From NCBI GenBank assembly GCA_021613535.1, contig CP075496.1:5580001-5644000 (forward strand): a stretch of DNA of 64,000 bases, in the 5' to 3' direction. Positions 37,245 to 52,700 of this stretch are shown here, in pieces. The translations under genes and the position numbers were made by a program. The notes beneath the pieces are model-generated. The model was not told where the DNA came from, ran no database searches, and worked only from the letters and a program-made list of their open reading frames with translations. This stretch comes from Adineta vaga (Eukaryota > Animalia > Rotifera). Each line of letters opens with the position of its first letter. Position 1 is the stretch's first letter.

Positions 37245-40200
37245 ATGCATCTTCTTCGAATTAAAGTTAAATCACATTCTCCACATGGAACAACAACATT
37301 ATCTGATCAATCCGAAGCAGTAACGACGACTGGTACATCATCACGTAAACTTAGTGTACCTGGACGAGAACAACGATATAATGGTTTGGTCTGGCAATTA
37401 TTACCATTCATCAACACAGTAAGTAACTTCTTGTCTAACGGAAACTAAATTCAATGCATTCTCATATATTTCACGATACTTTATGCATAAGAGTAACATC
37501 AAATCAGTGATTAAAATTCAATGTTACTCTAGTGAAACATTGATTTATCTTTATACAATAACAGTTATTTCTATAGAAAGATTAGAATTCCTTTTGGTAT
37601 TGAAATTATTAGAAAAAAGAAAATATTGATATGATTGATATTATTTTGTTTGTGAATAATGATCTGCTCGCTTTTTATTAATCTCGTATGTGTAGTTGGA
37701 TGTTATATCTGGTATTTAGATTATATCGATTTTTTTCGTCATTAAATGTAGAAGAAAACAAGCAGAAAAAGACTTGTGTATACGGCTGATCAATTGCTTA
37801 AGTGAATGGAAAGGAAAAGAAAAATAAACAAGACACGAATGACTTTGGGCTTAGAGAAAAAAAAACAAAGATGACTATATGAAAATCACTGCACATGATT
37901 AGTGTTATTTTCACCTTTAAGTAAAGATCATTTGATAGATCGAAACATTTTCTCACTTTTGTTTTCGATGTATCTATATCCATGGAGATTATTCTGGCGA
38001 TATCGTCAAACAAATCATGAATCGAGTCATTCAAATTCAAGACAACGAACTTTTTGTCCTCTTGGACGAAACTATACATTAATCACATTTCGATCAGAAC
38101 AATCAACAAGAAATGAGAATACTGATGATATTGTGAAACATGTACAGGTACAATATAAGTTTTCATTTTCTAAATTAGGTAGATACACAGAGATAATATC
38201 TTTCAAATGATTAGTTTTAGTTAATTCATATTTAATAGTCCATGATTGATAGAATACGTCACTTTTGTTAATATCCTGTTCTATTCCTTCGAAGAAAAAC
38301 GACGAAAAACATTGACTTTTGTCCAAGAAGATAAAACGAGAAGAAAAAACAAAGTGAAATTATCGAAAAAATAGGGAGAGAGAGAGGACATTTGTCATAA
38401 CATGTCTAAACAACTGATTGACACATAGATTTATTTCGATGGAATTACTGTCAATTATAACAGTAGATATATTTAACCTTCTCGACCCTAATGACCTTCA
38501 GTCAATTAAAGTTCTAAATTACTCGATTGGGATTACATTTCCATATATATCATTTTCGACATGCGTCCGTTTTTCAAACGTCATCAACAATCTTTTACAT
38601 ACCTATCAACCTCTCATATTAGACAAGAAGAAAAGGAAACAGTTTATTCGATATTACACATTGATATCGCTTTGGAATATCTAACTATATCAACAGTTCA
38701 TTAATGTTTATCAACGCTAAGGTTTTTTCTTCGAAAGATTTTCTTCGCTGAAATTAAATTATCGATTATTCCGACTAGGATATAACAACGAATTGTATAT
38801 TTACTAGTATAACTAATAAAAAAATATTTAACAAGATTCTAATGTTTTCTTTATGTATACAATTATATAAATCATTATGTTTGTGACAATTGACTCTTAT
38901 CCTTCATAACGCATAATATACTATTAGTAAATATCTGAAGCATTTTGGCACATGTTTCTAACGGCAAAAGATGCTTCTGTCGTCTTCTTTTTGAGTGTGA
39001 TAACAACACTCAACGTCTGTTCGCATATTTGCTACTGATGATAGATTTTTATAATCGACAGAACTCTACATAGTGTAATCTCTTCAACAGTGGGCACGTA
39101 CGCATATAATCCGAAAAAAAGAGGCCGTCGGCTCGTCGATGAATGAATATCGGATATGTAAAAAGAGCATAATCGTCCTGTGGCTTGATCTTCTAAAGTT
39201 GCTCTTTGTATTCTTTTTCATTTCTCTGTCTCTCTATTTCGTCATTGGACAAGTTTCTTTTCATGAAACCTATTGTACAAATCCAATGATTGTATGACTT
39301 ACAAGTGATTGATTTGTATATGTATATATACTATTAAATCATTCTATTTTGTTTCTCCTTGTGACTTATTTGCTATTGTTTGTTCAAACAACAATCAGCA
39401 ATATACAAATATCATTCTACAAAGAAAAATATTAAACAAAATGTTTCATATTTTCCGTTGGCGACGTGAACGTCTCAATGACAATACAATACCATCCGAA
39501 TCGACACTAGAACAAAAACATAAATTATCTCACGTGCGACGTGCTCAATTACGTGTCTATCATGGGAGACAATCGATCGGACGTTTATTTCATGTCAGAA
39601 GATATCGATCACATTCTGAACAGGATAAACAACAGGTAATAATAAATACATTACTTACTATTCAAAAGCAAGTTTATAATCATCAATTCCTATTTTGGAT
39701 TTTTTATGTAAATATTTATAATTTTCTCGTTTGAAAAGGCCGATCAGTAATTAGTTCTAAAAGCTCGTTTGTCTCCATAAGTTTTTTAGAAAAGAAAGAA
39801 GAAAAAAAAAGTGAGTTTGTGAACATCAGAAGAGAAAAAAAAATCTTTCAAACAGATATTTAATCTGATCAATCTGATGTCAAAAGATAGGGAAACAATA
39901 TGGCATTAGTCACTACGCGTATGATACAATCGACTATTGGTAAAAAGGTATTTGTTATTCTAAACTTTTCTCAGCAAAGAAAATAGAGATCAGTATATAA
40001 AAGAAGATGTTATATTATTTCCAATCGTACATATTAATCTAGATAAATGATGATGCGACGTTTATTGGAAATTTTAACATATTTTCAATGGATAAAAGTA
40101 AGATTTTAAAATAGAAGATATCTTCTTGATAAGTATTGTAAAGGATAATATAAAACATTGACATTGTTAAATAGATTGAACAGCATTTGTGTGTTGATCA

Positions 40201-43200
40201 TTAATTCGATGTGATGACATTATGTTTTGCGAAAGAAAGTCTTCAGAGATTTCGAAAATTTAATTGTGATTTCGATGTATGTTAGTGACAACATCTTTAT
40301 TGAGTTAACAAGTCATAGAACGGAAGACGTTTTCTTTCTTTCTTTCTTCTTCTCTGTTTTTTGAATAACTTATCACTTCTATAGAAGAAAATCGTAAGAA
40401 AATTTTTTTTTTCATTTGATTCTAATTATTTCAGTCGTTCTGAACCAATTTGTTCGGTCTTTTTTCTTCATTTGTCTAAAAACATCTCTTCAATTTCCTA
40501 GGAAGCTTCTCTTTGAAATTTATATCTACGTGACAAAGACAAAAAGAAATAACGAGCTAAAAATATTTACATTTGAATAAATAACTATTCTGGAAACTTA
40601 TCAGTTGATAAAGTTGTATTTTTTCCTCTAAAGTAACTATTACGTTGTCTTCTTGTCTATATCAATTCTCTTGTGTCATTTTATGGTTTTATTATAGTAA
40701 AAAAAAAGACGCGAATATCATGTTTCTATTACTATTATTATCATTATTATTATTGTTATAATTATGATTATTCGTTATTTTTTATTAGTAAGATGAGCGA
40801 TTGTTGTTGTTATTGACCTTGCCATCATCAAATCGACTTAACTGTTGATTATCAAACATATTTCTATACTCACTTTATTCTATTTATTTCTAACTTAGAG
40901 CATATTATTCTTTCTACAATGACATTCCATTACTTATCTTCTTCCTCTTCTACTTGTTTTACACAAAAGAAGTAGTTCGCTAACTAAGAATTTGTATGCT
41001 ATGTTTTTCTATAATTTCGAAGAGCAACACAACTGGTATTCACACATTGTATTACATACTGAACAAATATTTCTTCTTGTCTTTCGCTCTTTCTTCTGTT
41101 ACATATACATATAAACATCAACCTTTCATATATCAAATATTTCTCGTGCGTTTATTTTATCCATTATTGCAAATCATATTATATCTTTGCCTTGGTCTTC
41201 TTTCCGAAGCACCCACTTTCTAAGAACTTAGACAAGTGAAAAACGTTACGAAATATACATAGTTCAAATGGCAACTCAACAACGGCAACGATTCATCGAT
41301 TGAACGAGCGAACGCATGAAAAAGCATTTCTAAGTAGATTCTGGGCAACAAAAGAAGAAGAAGAAAGAAGAAGAAAAAAAGAAGAAGAAAGGAAGACAAC
41401 AGACACTTGTCGAGTGATGGAATGATGATTATTAAAAACCGAGAAAAAAATGTCACTTGCTCAATCCTAATAACAATTACAAAAGCAAAAGAAAATCATC
41501 TTGTATATACATCGACAAACTTATTGAGTAACAAATCAATTCTTTTGAGTTCAAATATCATGAATATAAACAATATATTCCAATAAAATCATGTTACTCA
41601 GTCATCATCATGCTAAACGTCAACATCAGAAAACAGTAAGCGAATTTGTTTTTCTTGTCATCAATAAAAAGAATCATTTTTGATCTTTTTATTTGTTTCT
41701 AAAGACAATGTGTTTGATTACCGGACGCTATTAATCATGTCAGAAGACTTCTTTAGGGAGAATGTGAAAGAGGAAAAAGAAGAAGATTATTAATGAAGTT
41801 CGTGTACGTTGTATTGATGACTTTCTTTCTTTCTTGCTTTCTTTCTTTCTTTTTGTTATTGTTATAAATATGCTCACAATTGTGTACATTTCGTGAGATC
41901 TCTTTGAAAGGAGAAGGTACGATGAAATAACGGAAATGAATCCACGTCAATCTTGAGTATCATTGCTGTACTTGACAAAATAGACGAGTTTATTTCCTAT
42001 GAATTGTCATTTCAAAAAAATAGAGAGAAATCAAATTGGTTTTTCTTCTTTCTTTTTCTCTTTCTTTCTTCTTTGACACTATGCCATCGGAAAATGTGAT
42101 TGTTTGATAATTAACAATAAGATAATAGTTCTATCGACATCCATTAAAGAAAAATTAGTTTTGCATAAATCTTCACAAATAGTTTTAAGACAATTTTTCT
42201 CGTGTTATAATTAAGTCATGATCATAAATGATTTTTGCCGTTGGTTGTTTGATACATTGCGATCTCAACATTGGCTTCTCTTATACGCATCATTGTCAGT
42301 CCACCAGGCAGAAAACCTATCTCTTTTATTGCCTTCTCCATGACGGGATTATTTCTCGCATATGTTTCTTTTTCTCATATCTAAATTTACGCGCATAAAA
42401 AAACTTCCATTAGACAGCTGATTTCTACGCGTCGATGCTTATCTTCATCAATTCTTTCCTTGCACTAGATCAAATACAATCGATAGCCTTCGGCGTAATA
42501 AAACTTTCTTTACTAACTTGTAAAAGCTCACGTTCATTTTAATAATTAGTTATAAAAAGAAAAGAATGATACGATTAAATGTAAAACAAACGATGTTGAA
42601 TAATTGTCCAGATTGTTTGATATTTTCCTCTTGATTTTTCCGATCAAATCTATTAAGTTATGTTTATTAGAGAAGAAAGATCTGCGGATCTAAGTGTATG
42701 TCGATGTGTCAATCAATATGTAGATGATTTCTTTTTTTGTCATATCCGACAGCAACTAAAATGACAATTAAACCAAGGAAAAGTGAAAGAAAATGTTGTT
42801 TATATAATTAATGAAAAAACCTAGCTTTCCAGTAACAATTATACTTTCCTATGATTTAATTAACAAAAAAAAGAAACTCGATTGTTCATAAACATAATTA
42901 GCAAAGATTTTCGATCTTTTATTTTACAAGTTTATTCAACAGTCATTATCATATCGATCTATTCAATATTATTGTCTTTATCCCAAGTTATTTCCTCTTT
43001 TTCTCCTCTTCTTGTTCTTCGATTTCTTCTTTATCTCTTGATTTCTTTCTCTCTCTTACTTTCTTCGTTGGTGCTAAGATTTGATCGTTGTCTCATCAGA
43101 ATCATCATTGGGTGTACTTACACAACGTTTCTCTTCGTATCGAAAACAATAATACGCGTGAGGCAACGACTCCGCCTATATAACTATAAGAAAGAAATAG

Positions 43201-46200
43201 AAGTATGATTACCGTCGTCTTTTGCAATGATCGCCACAAGGCTACATGCAAAGCGACATTCGTGTTCAACGCTCAACCGTCCAAGTGTAAACAGTATTCA
43301 TAGTACTCTTCATCAACAATATCGTAAAGCAAGTCGATTACCTTCTGAGGATGTTCAAATTATTAATAGTGATCATCTTGAAGATACTGACAACGATCTT
43401 CATACATATTTAAAGGTAGAAATATATTTTGTTTTCTTTATTCTGTTCGTTATTTCACTACTTCGACCTAGATTACTTTACGTATCCAATAATAGACAGA
43501 ATTAAATATACTAAATATTATCTTTTTCATAAATATATCGATCGATCATCCTCATCTCATAACTATGTTGATAGAATTGACAAACTGTTTTCAACAGTTG
43601 CAATTAGATTTCTATCTTTCATATTTACGCCTCGATTTCTTTCTTTTTTTCTTCATAAGATATTGATATTTATTTAAAATCATATTAGACTTCATTGATA
43701 AGTATCTGATAAACATTAAACGTCGACGGCAAATCTTCAATGGGTGACAGATACGATGGAGTTATTGAGTGGAGGCGTGTACATACTTTTAGACAAAAGA
43801 ATAACAAACAAATGTGGACGATCGATATGCAATAATAATCAATAGAAAGATGTTAGTTTGAAAACAAGAACTGCACTTGAAATGTGTTTTTGTTGAAGAA
43901 CGTTCGAATAAGTTCATTCGTATAGGTACAATATTCATCTGTGTGACTTTGTCTCGACTATAAAAAAAAAAGAGAAAATGAATATTATTATATTTTACTT
44001 CTCTAAAATTATAATGGTGTTAATGATTGAGAACCCACATAAATGTAAAAACGATGAGAAGTAAAAAACATGAAAGGTTTCTTTCATGTTCATTTTTATG
44101 GAATATCGACGAAGAAGCAAAAGAGAAAGAGAGAAATCCAAAAAAATTATTTTCTCCTTTTGTCTTTTCCATACACATAAGAAATGAGGACATAAATAAT
44201 CGAAGGCAGAGGTCATGCATTCCATTATCAATCCCTTTAAAAAATATCGACAATCGTTCCAGTCAAATACAACTACTCTAGGGAATGATCATCGTCTTTC
44301 ACATCATATCAATTTTGGATTTGGATCTATACCTGACATTTCGACTGAAACACCTCATATCTATTCAATTGAATATCAAAAACGATTGAATAATGAGATT
44401 GATGTGATTAATTTCGATTGAAATTTCTTTTATTTGTGTTTTTAATCTTTTTTTCAATTAATTTTAGTCAAAAGTACCGCCTCGATCAACTGATACAACT
44501 CAAATACGATCAGCAAAAACTAAATATGAACGTATGCAAGCACCCATTCTATCCTTTGATGAAGAAGGAGACATTCCAGTACCAGCTGCTAAAAAGAAAC
44601 GTATGTATATGATTGACCAAAAAAAAACAAGAAAAAATTGATTGTTCATTGTTTTGTCTATTTCAGGTCTACTCTCTCCTGATAATGCCTTTGTTATTGA
44701 TTCTCGAGATAATCTATCGGGATCCAAATCAGGTGCCGATAGTACATCAATTGAACAAACACGAAAAGAAAAATTCCGACATGCATTACGTTCCGTTTCA
44801 AAAGTGGCTTTCAGTCAATTGGGTTTAGGTAAGTTTTATTTGACAATAAAGAAAATAACGCACTACAGCTTTAGAGAACACGCAGTAGCTTAATTCGAAG
44901 TTCCTTCCGCTATGTTCAGTTCACAGGAAATTTTCATCGTATGTTATTACGATAAGAGAAAATTGTTCTTTACAGTAATGATATTTTGAGAAATTGTTTA
45001 GTTAACAGTTGTCAATTTTTCCTTTTCTAACTTGATACTCAAAATTTAAAACTTTTCAGTTGAAAGAACATATATGCCTGCAGGATATATGCGAGAGACA
45101 AAGAGAAAGTATTCTTTTTTTTCTAAATCTTACTTTCTTTACAAAGAGAAATAGTAAGACAAGGTCTTCATCTTAAAAAGCCCCTCTAACCAACAATAGT
45201 TGTACTGATTTTCTTCTCTTTCAAGGATTTTTCATAGTATTGTTAATTTTCTTCGACTATTGTTAGACTTGAATAGCAGAAAAAGAAAGACTTTTCTTAG
45301 ATCTTATAAGCTTGACATATTTCTTTAACCAAAAGTAAATTAAATTCATCGAAGAAAGCCCTACAAAAAATGTTGAGTTGTCATATTTGCTAGTTGTTAT
45401 GAGTATCTCAAAAAAGAATCTCTCCTAATATCAAACTGATGCCTTTGCAATAAGCATTACCGGTAGAGATAATTACTTTTTCAATAAAAAATAGAAACAA
45501 ATATGTATTGGAAACTGAGATCTTTAATTTAAGGTGGTTTGGTTGTTGGATATGTTATACTTGGTGGATTGATCTTTGATGCAATTGAATCTCGTCATGA
45601 AGACGCTCGATCAGAAGAAAAAGAACGAAATCGACAGCATTTTGTTGATCAATTGTATATTCATGCGTATCGAGAATTTAATCGTGTTTTAAATCAAACA
45701 TTTGAACTTAAATATGCTCTATGGCGTGGCGGAATATCTCGTCATGATGAACATAATGATGGATGGCAAATTGATGTAGAAAAAGATCTATGGAGACATC
45801 ATGTTGACAATGAATTATTACAATATTTTGGTGCCGAAGAAAAAAATCAATACGGCAGTGAACAACAACAAGAACAGAATATTGTAGAAGTTTGGACTTT
45901 TTCTAGTGCTATGCTTTACTCAGCAACAGTTATAACAACAATTGGATATGGAAATATAACTCCGAAATCAACTGAAGGAAAAATTGCAACAATGGTAAAC
46001 TGACTAATACTATTTCTTTCGTTATTTGAAATTTGTCTTTGTTTTATATAGATTTATGCTATGATTGGTATTCCTTTAATGTTTATGTGTTTAACATATA
46101 CAGGTGATTTACTAGCTGATGCATTTATTTCTGGCTATTCAAAAATGGTTAATTTTATGTATCGACAAATTTGTCGTGGCCATTTAAAAAAATGTTTACC

Positions 46201-46666
46201 AGATGATGCTCAACGAAGTTTTGATCATAGTGATGTAAGACTATCATTCTCTTATTTTATCTTCTTGAAAAAATTTAACTTATATATATATATATTTTTT
46301 TTTTTCTAGTCGGAATCGGAAGATGCGAGACATGTACCAATTATTGCGACTTTAGCTGTCCTTGCATTGTATATAACCATGGGTGCATTACTTTTTGCTC
46401 AATGGGAAAATTGGCATGTACTTGATGGTGCATATTTTTGTTTCATAACATTTACGACCATTGGTTTCGGTGATTTAGTGCCAGGTAAAGGTACTGTAAC
46501 AGAATCGAAAGCAGGAAAAGCAGCTATGTGTGCATTATTTCTGTTATTTGGTATGATTGTTATGGCCATGTCATTTAAATTGATGCAAGATGAGATTATA
46601 TCAAAATTTCGTCGATTTGGTCGTCGATTTGGTTTTGTCAAACGATCTACAAATGATCCTGGTTAA
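37245..46666 (+). CDS. Two-pore-domain (K2P/TWIK family) potassium channel with multiple alternative first exons
   Basis: Common exons 44468-44600, 44667-44828, 45534-45994, 46052-46234 and 46310-46666 are phase-consistent. Pore 1 WTFSSAMLYSATVITTIGYG, pore 2 YFCFITFTTIGFGD, four TM helices and an M1-P1 cap. Candidate first exons lie between 37245 and 44403 and are less certain than the core. Confidence 0.88.
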
Positions 46667-46903
46667 TTGATAATGATAGAAAAAAACAAAATTATACCAA
46701 AAGTTGTCTTCTAGGTCAATTCTCGTCAATAGGGTTCTTTTTTTTCTATTTATGCTCGTCTGTGATCCTTCATGCATGTGTTTCGTTTTTCAATATCCTT
46801 TGCGTTCGAAATATTTTGATTTCTTATTAACATTGAAAAAGTCAAATAGTGTCATTATCAACATCATTTTCATATGAATTTTTTCTGCTTTGTTTCTTTT
46901 TTT

Positions 46904-46904
<1 letters not shown>

Positions 46905-46942
<38 letters not shown>
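46905..46942. repeat. (TTTC)n microsatellite
   Basis: Run of tttc units in the presumed 3' UTR of the K2P gene. Confidence 0.85.
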
Positions 46943-46943
<1 letters not shown>

Positions 46944-49334
46944 TTTGTTTTGATACTGACATAACAGGTAGATATTTTAGACAGTTTGAATTATAATTGT
47001 ATATGATCTTTTCAATTCTATATATACATATATTTATTGGATAAGAACTTTCATTTTAATAAGATGTTTATTTCGATAAGAAAATATAAAGCAAATTTCA
47101 AAATGAAAAGAATATAATAACAAATTGACGCAAAATTGATAAAATGACAAGATCTTTCTTCAACGATAACTTCTGTTAGTTTAAGTATTCATTATTCAAT
47201 ATATAAAATTTCAACGAAAGAAACATTATACAATGACCTTCTATACATAGCTTTTACTCGGTTATAACATTGATTTTTTTAATTATCAGATATTGTGTAA
47301 TCATACCGTGAATGTAGCGATTAAATCTAACTGTTCTTAAATCTATGTATTAGAAAACATAAGTAATCACGCAATAAAGTTTTATTTATAAATATAGGTT
47401 TCTTTCTGACATAATGATTTTTCTATTTCATATGAATGATAATGAAGAAGAAAGAATTTCAGAGGACGCTAGATGTCGAATATATTTAATAGAAAATTTT
47501 GATGAATGAACGGTCATCTATTTAACCTATCATAATTTAAATCACATGCTTCAATTCCTTTGTCATCTTTCTACTATCTCTTATTCAAACAATTAACTTT
47601 CAACACATCTATTCGAGACAAATGACATTTTTATATTGTATTATTATTATTAACTGATGAAGTACTAATCGTTTAACATCTGTATGTATATCTGTTCACA
47701 TCAAGTTTGACTTTGATTATCATATTTTCATTACTATTATTGTAAACTGCCTAAATTGACATTGATTACTGGAAGGCAATCATGCACTCAGCCTTTCGGA
47801 CAATTATCTTTCCATTTCTTTCTCGGATCTGTTTGTATATTTGCTTACTTCTTTCATCTAACTCTCTATCTAACATATCTATACATACATACATACATAC
47901 AGACAAGTTTAGATTGACCTTTGAATGCGAAAGTATATGTACACGTGTATGTTGAACATCAGTTTGATGTGACAAACAAATAAGACCTAACTTGAAACAT
48001 AGAGAGAGAGAGAGAGAGAAAGAACATTTCCTTTTTTTCCTTTTGTATACAGTCTGGTAGATGTCGATAAGAGAATTGAAGACCAAGATATTCATCTTGC
48101 AAACATTTAATTTAACACATATGGATGATGAAGTTTGCCAAAAAGAAAAGAAAAGAAAAATTTGTCTGATGATATCTTTGTTTAATCTGATGATAAACTG
48201 TAAATGGTTTGTTATGAAAAATAGTCAAATATAAACGTAGATTTGATATATTTGGTTGAAACATATCACCCTTGTCAATACATCATATCTTTTTCACTCA
48301 TCAAAATCCTTGAAAAGTGGTGAACGATCAAAAAAACAACCTTGTCTTGTCTCATTTTCTAGATATATAATGGAGGTGAAACTATTCGTAAATGTAAAAC
48401 AATGTCATGCATCATCAACAATCAACAGTAGAAGATATATGTATGTATACATGACAATGAAACTTTCATACAATTGTCACATAATGAACGAAATAAGAGA
48501 GAAAGAGGAGCGACAAGATGCTAAAACGTGCTTACAATCTTTTTATAGAGATCAGACAAGCAACTAGACGTATAATAACGAAATAAAATTAGCTGTCTGT
48601 CCGTGCTGGTCGTTTATTTTCTTTCTTTCACTCATTCTCACTCTTGTTTGTTGAATGTCAAAATAGAAGAATAGAATAGTGAACGAAGATCGAAAAGAAC
48701 ATAGCACGATGATTTATGATATACCATTGACCGTAGTCAGCCGCGACATATCATCATCATCATCACCCTTGAAAAAAGAAAGAAAAAGTAAGTATTTGAT
48801 ATGGCATTGAAAGCACAACAGACGGCTGCTTTTGTATATCTATATATTTCAATCTTGATCATCTCAAATTTCTTCCGTATGTTATCGTAATATACTAAAT
48901 GAAACTTTCGTTCTAGTTTATATTCGTTTTCATTTTTCGTCATCTCTTGTTTGAACTAGAAATGTACCTCTGTTACAATAACACACTGTCAACGTTTTAA
49001 GTTCTTTTCGTGCATAAACGTATACATATATATACAATAGTAAGGAAATCAATCGGGCATCATTGATGATTTACATTTCGATGGTAAAATAAGTGTCCCA
49101 TCATTTTTTCCTCTATTCTCCCTTCTTATTTTACTAATAAATCGAATCGTCGTTGTCTATGACGTACATACATACATACATGCATTCGATCATACTCTCA
49201 AGCACATACCAAACTCAAAAAGAAAAATCTAACCGAAGAAAAACGTTAATGACGACGTTGATTTTTATCATAAATAGATGTATGTGGTGTATTGAACATT
49301 TTCACTGTACATCTCATGGCTCGTTTGGTCAGAG

Positions 49335-49392
49335 AAGAAGAAGTAGAAGACGAAGAAGAAGAAGAAGAAGAAGAAGAAGAAGGAGAAGGAGA
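49335..49392. repeat. (GAA)n microsatellite; a (GAT)n run follows at 49502-49525
   Basis: Directly visible trinucleotide runs upstream of LMO7-like first exon 1a. Confidence 0.85.
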
Positions 49393-49727
49393 GAAAAAGG
49401 AATGGGTCTCATTTTTCTATAGATGTGTAACATACATAGAAATAAATTTGCATAAAAGTTTCGTTGTCGTTCTTTCTCTCGTCTTATTCAGTATGGTCGT
49501 CGATGATGATGATGATGATGATGATTGAGGTAGTTCGAGTGTACACGATGAAACAACTATATGCATAGCAGCTTATATATAGATCCGCCCTCAATCCTAC
49601 TCATCGTTTCAAATTGAGCCATTTTATCCTTGAACAAAAATACTCGTATTATTTATTTGTTTTTCTTTCTTTCTATGTTCAGATGATGATCGACAAATCA
49701 TGACATGATATATGATCATTAAAAATC

Positions 49728-52700
49728 ATGTCAACTTTTCAAGCTAATCAATCGAACGGGTTTTCTCCACTACTACTATCACCATCGTCAACAAGTCATC
49801 CAATAATAGCAAATAATCATCTCATTTTATTTGATAATAGTGACCAAGGTTCAGTCGATTCTGACTATACATCGTTAGGTAGTTCGAAATTTTATGGTAA
49901 TGGTGGTTCATCATCATCACTTCACCGTCAAGGACGTTCGCAATCAATTGATGAATTAGCCTCAACAACAAATATTCCAACACGACATTTTAATGGAACA
50001 TTAAATGTAAATAAATTAAATAATGATCCATTACAGTTTGTTAAAATTCATCCAAATCATGAATTGATTGAACGCGCACAAGAACAATTAACCTTACTTG
50101 AATCAAGAAAACGTTTACAAGAAACATTCAAATTAAATGCTCATATTCATAATCTTTCAATTAATAATAATATTAATAATAATACCAATGCAAGTAAAAT
50201 GAATGATGATAATGAGACAGATTGGTCAAAGGTAATTTTCTTTCCTTTTCTTTTTTTGTTTTATTCTTAGTCGAAGACGAACAATTGAATAGTGACACGT
50301 TTTTTTTTTGTTCTAATCGTAACAAACGCATTTCTCTTTCAATCAGTCCATTATAATCTATAGAATTTATATTAATATTTTCAATAGTATAAGACATATC
50401 TTTTCCTCATTTATCCTCTACCAAGGACTATTTGAACTTGACAGATTTCTTTAATTTATCTCAATAATTTCTTCCGTTCAAACTATTGACCTTCATTGTA
50501 TGAGGCAAAAAAGAGAATTAAAAATGCTATATATATATATATATATCGGGTTTTTTTCGTGTCTCTACAACAGATAAAAAATGTTTGGAATTTTTAATAA
50601 TCTCACGTTTAGACGAAATCGACACCAAGAGACATTTATCATCATTATATCTTATCTTCTTTGTTACACCTACACATACACAATTCTCGTTTTCTTTTTC
50701 TTTTTTTATGTCCTTTGTTATGTGATGATTATTGGGATAGTAAATGTCTAAGAAAATCGGACAAATATTTCAGTTAATTGAATATATTTGCTTCGTTCTA
50801 CATATATCAAACGGAAGCAAGGAGTAAAAAGGTGTTACCTAATCTGCTGAGTTTACATCTTGCGTCATTATAATCGTCATTCTCTTTTTCTTTCTTCTTT
50901 TTTTTTCGGTGATTTTACAAATCAACCAGTGAAATAAGTTGTTATATATGAAATCGAGATTAGGAAGAAACTAGTGTCCATGAAAGACGATATTATATGG
51001 TTGATTGCATACGTTAACTAATTTCCACAACAACAAGAGCGTCAATGCTTTTTTATTGATAAGAAAAACAATAAATAAAACACCGCAACTAACGAAAAAT
51101 AGAGGGAATTTTTTCTCTCATTTTATTGTTATCGAAAGACAATGCTCTTTTCACGATGTCTCTTGCCTTGTGATTAATGTTGTTGTTTAAAGAGAAGAGG
51201 AAGAGAGCGAGAGAGAGAGAGAGAAAGTGGTTTGTTGGTTTCTTATTCGAGATTGGATCAAAGACGTGTGTTCGCATAACTCGATTACTCTCTCTTTCTG
51301 TCTAAACATTAGAGGAAGAAGAAGAAGAAGAAGAAGAAGACGAAAAAGAAAAAGAGGTTACATTCTTTCTTTTACTACAGTGTGCACGGCACACCTTGCT
51401 CAAATACAAAACAAAAAAGAGCCCAAAATTATAGTGGTGCAAGTATAGACGACGAACGACGAAAAAAAAAGAAGATATACGTATATACAGACATACGCAT
51501 ACATAGAAACGAATGGTAGCCTTATGACGTACATTCAATTATATGATGATGATTGTGGATCGTCCTCATTCTTCTGATATGCATCTAATCATATTCAATT
51601 AAACGTGTCATTCAATACAAATTAATTATCATGAAAGGTCCGACAACGAACATCACAACGAGTCGAAAACCTTCAACAACTTCGACGAGTAGTATTCAAA
51701 ATCATTTAGCAACACGACCAAGACAGAGTGAAGTCTATGAGGATTATTCAGAAGTATGTTCGTAGTATATATATATATACATACATTTATATTCTAAATT
51801 CTTTCTTAAAATAATATTTAATAAGAAACAGCAGCCGCTTCATATTACACATTTGTTTTCATTTCATTATACTCCTTATCGTAGTTCAATAGAATAACAT
51901 GTCGTTTTTTTTCAGTGCCCCTTTCAGAAATAATACGTTGTCGAAATATAAAATCCATAGAAAATTTGAGTGGATTTTTATGTAGATATATTAAGTACGA
52001 ATAAAATAATCAAAGCTTTTCTTTTCCTAATGGAAAGAATAAAAGAAATGAAATAACGAATATTTTATTGCCTTTTTTTTCTTCTTGTAAAATTCTTTAT
52101 CTTTATTTATAGGCGGTAGAAAATTGGCGATTAAAACGTGAAGAAAAACGTAAACAAAGTTTAAAACCAACGCAATCGGATGACGCTTCACCACTATCAT
52201 CACCTATCATCGAATCAACGCCTTCAAGCTCTATCAAAAAGTATAACTAATTACCTTGAAATTTTGTTTTTCATTATGCATCACTTTTCTCGTACAGATC
52301 AGATGAAACAGAAATCAAATCAAATCTTCGATCTCCATCTCCACCCACTGTGGTATTATCATCATCGACAACAAACGAATCTACAGATCAATTAACAGTA
52401 AAGAATCGAATACCATTGAAAAGTCCATCACCCCAACGAATTAAAGTAAACAAAAAACAATCCGTACAAATGAGATTGTATCGAAAAATAATATTCATAT
52501 GTATTCCTAGGGTCCTGCTAAAATACATGAAATCTACATACAAAAAGCAGTTGACATACGTGGTTTTGGTTTTAAACTCGATGGTGGTTCATTACATAAT
52601 CGACCTATTTATATCTCTACACTTGAAGATGGTAAGATAATCTGTTGTGAATGGATAGAAAGATGTTTCTCTAAATTTTAATCAAAACATTGATGAATAT

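Noticed and set aside
49153-49528. Poly-Arg and poly-Glu/Asp ORFs (also 51227-51538)
   Set aside because: Produced by (GAA)n and (GAT)n microsatellites.
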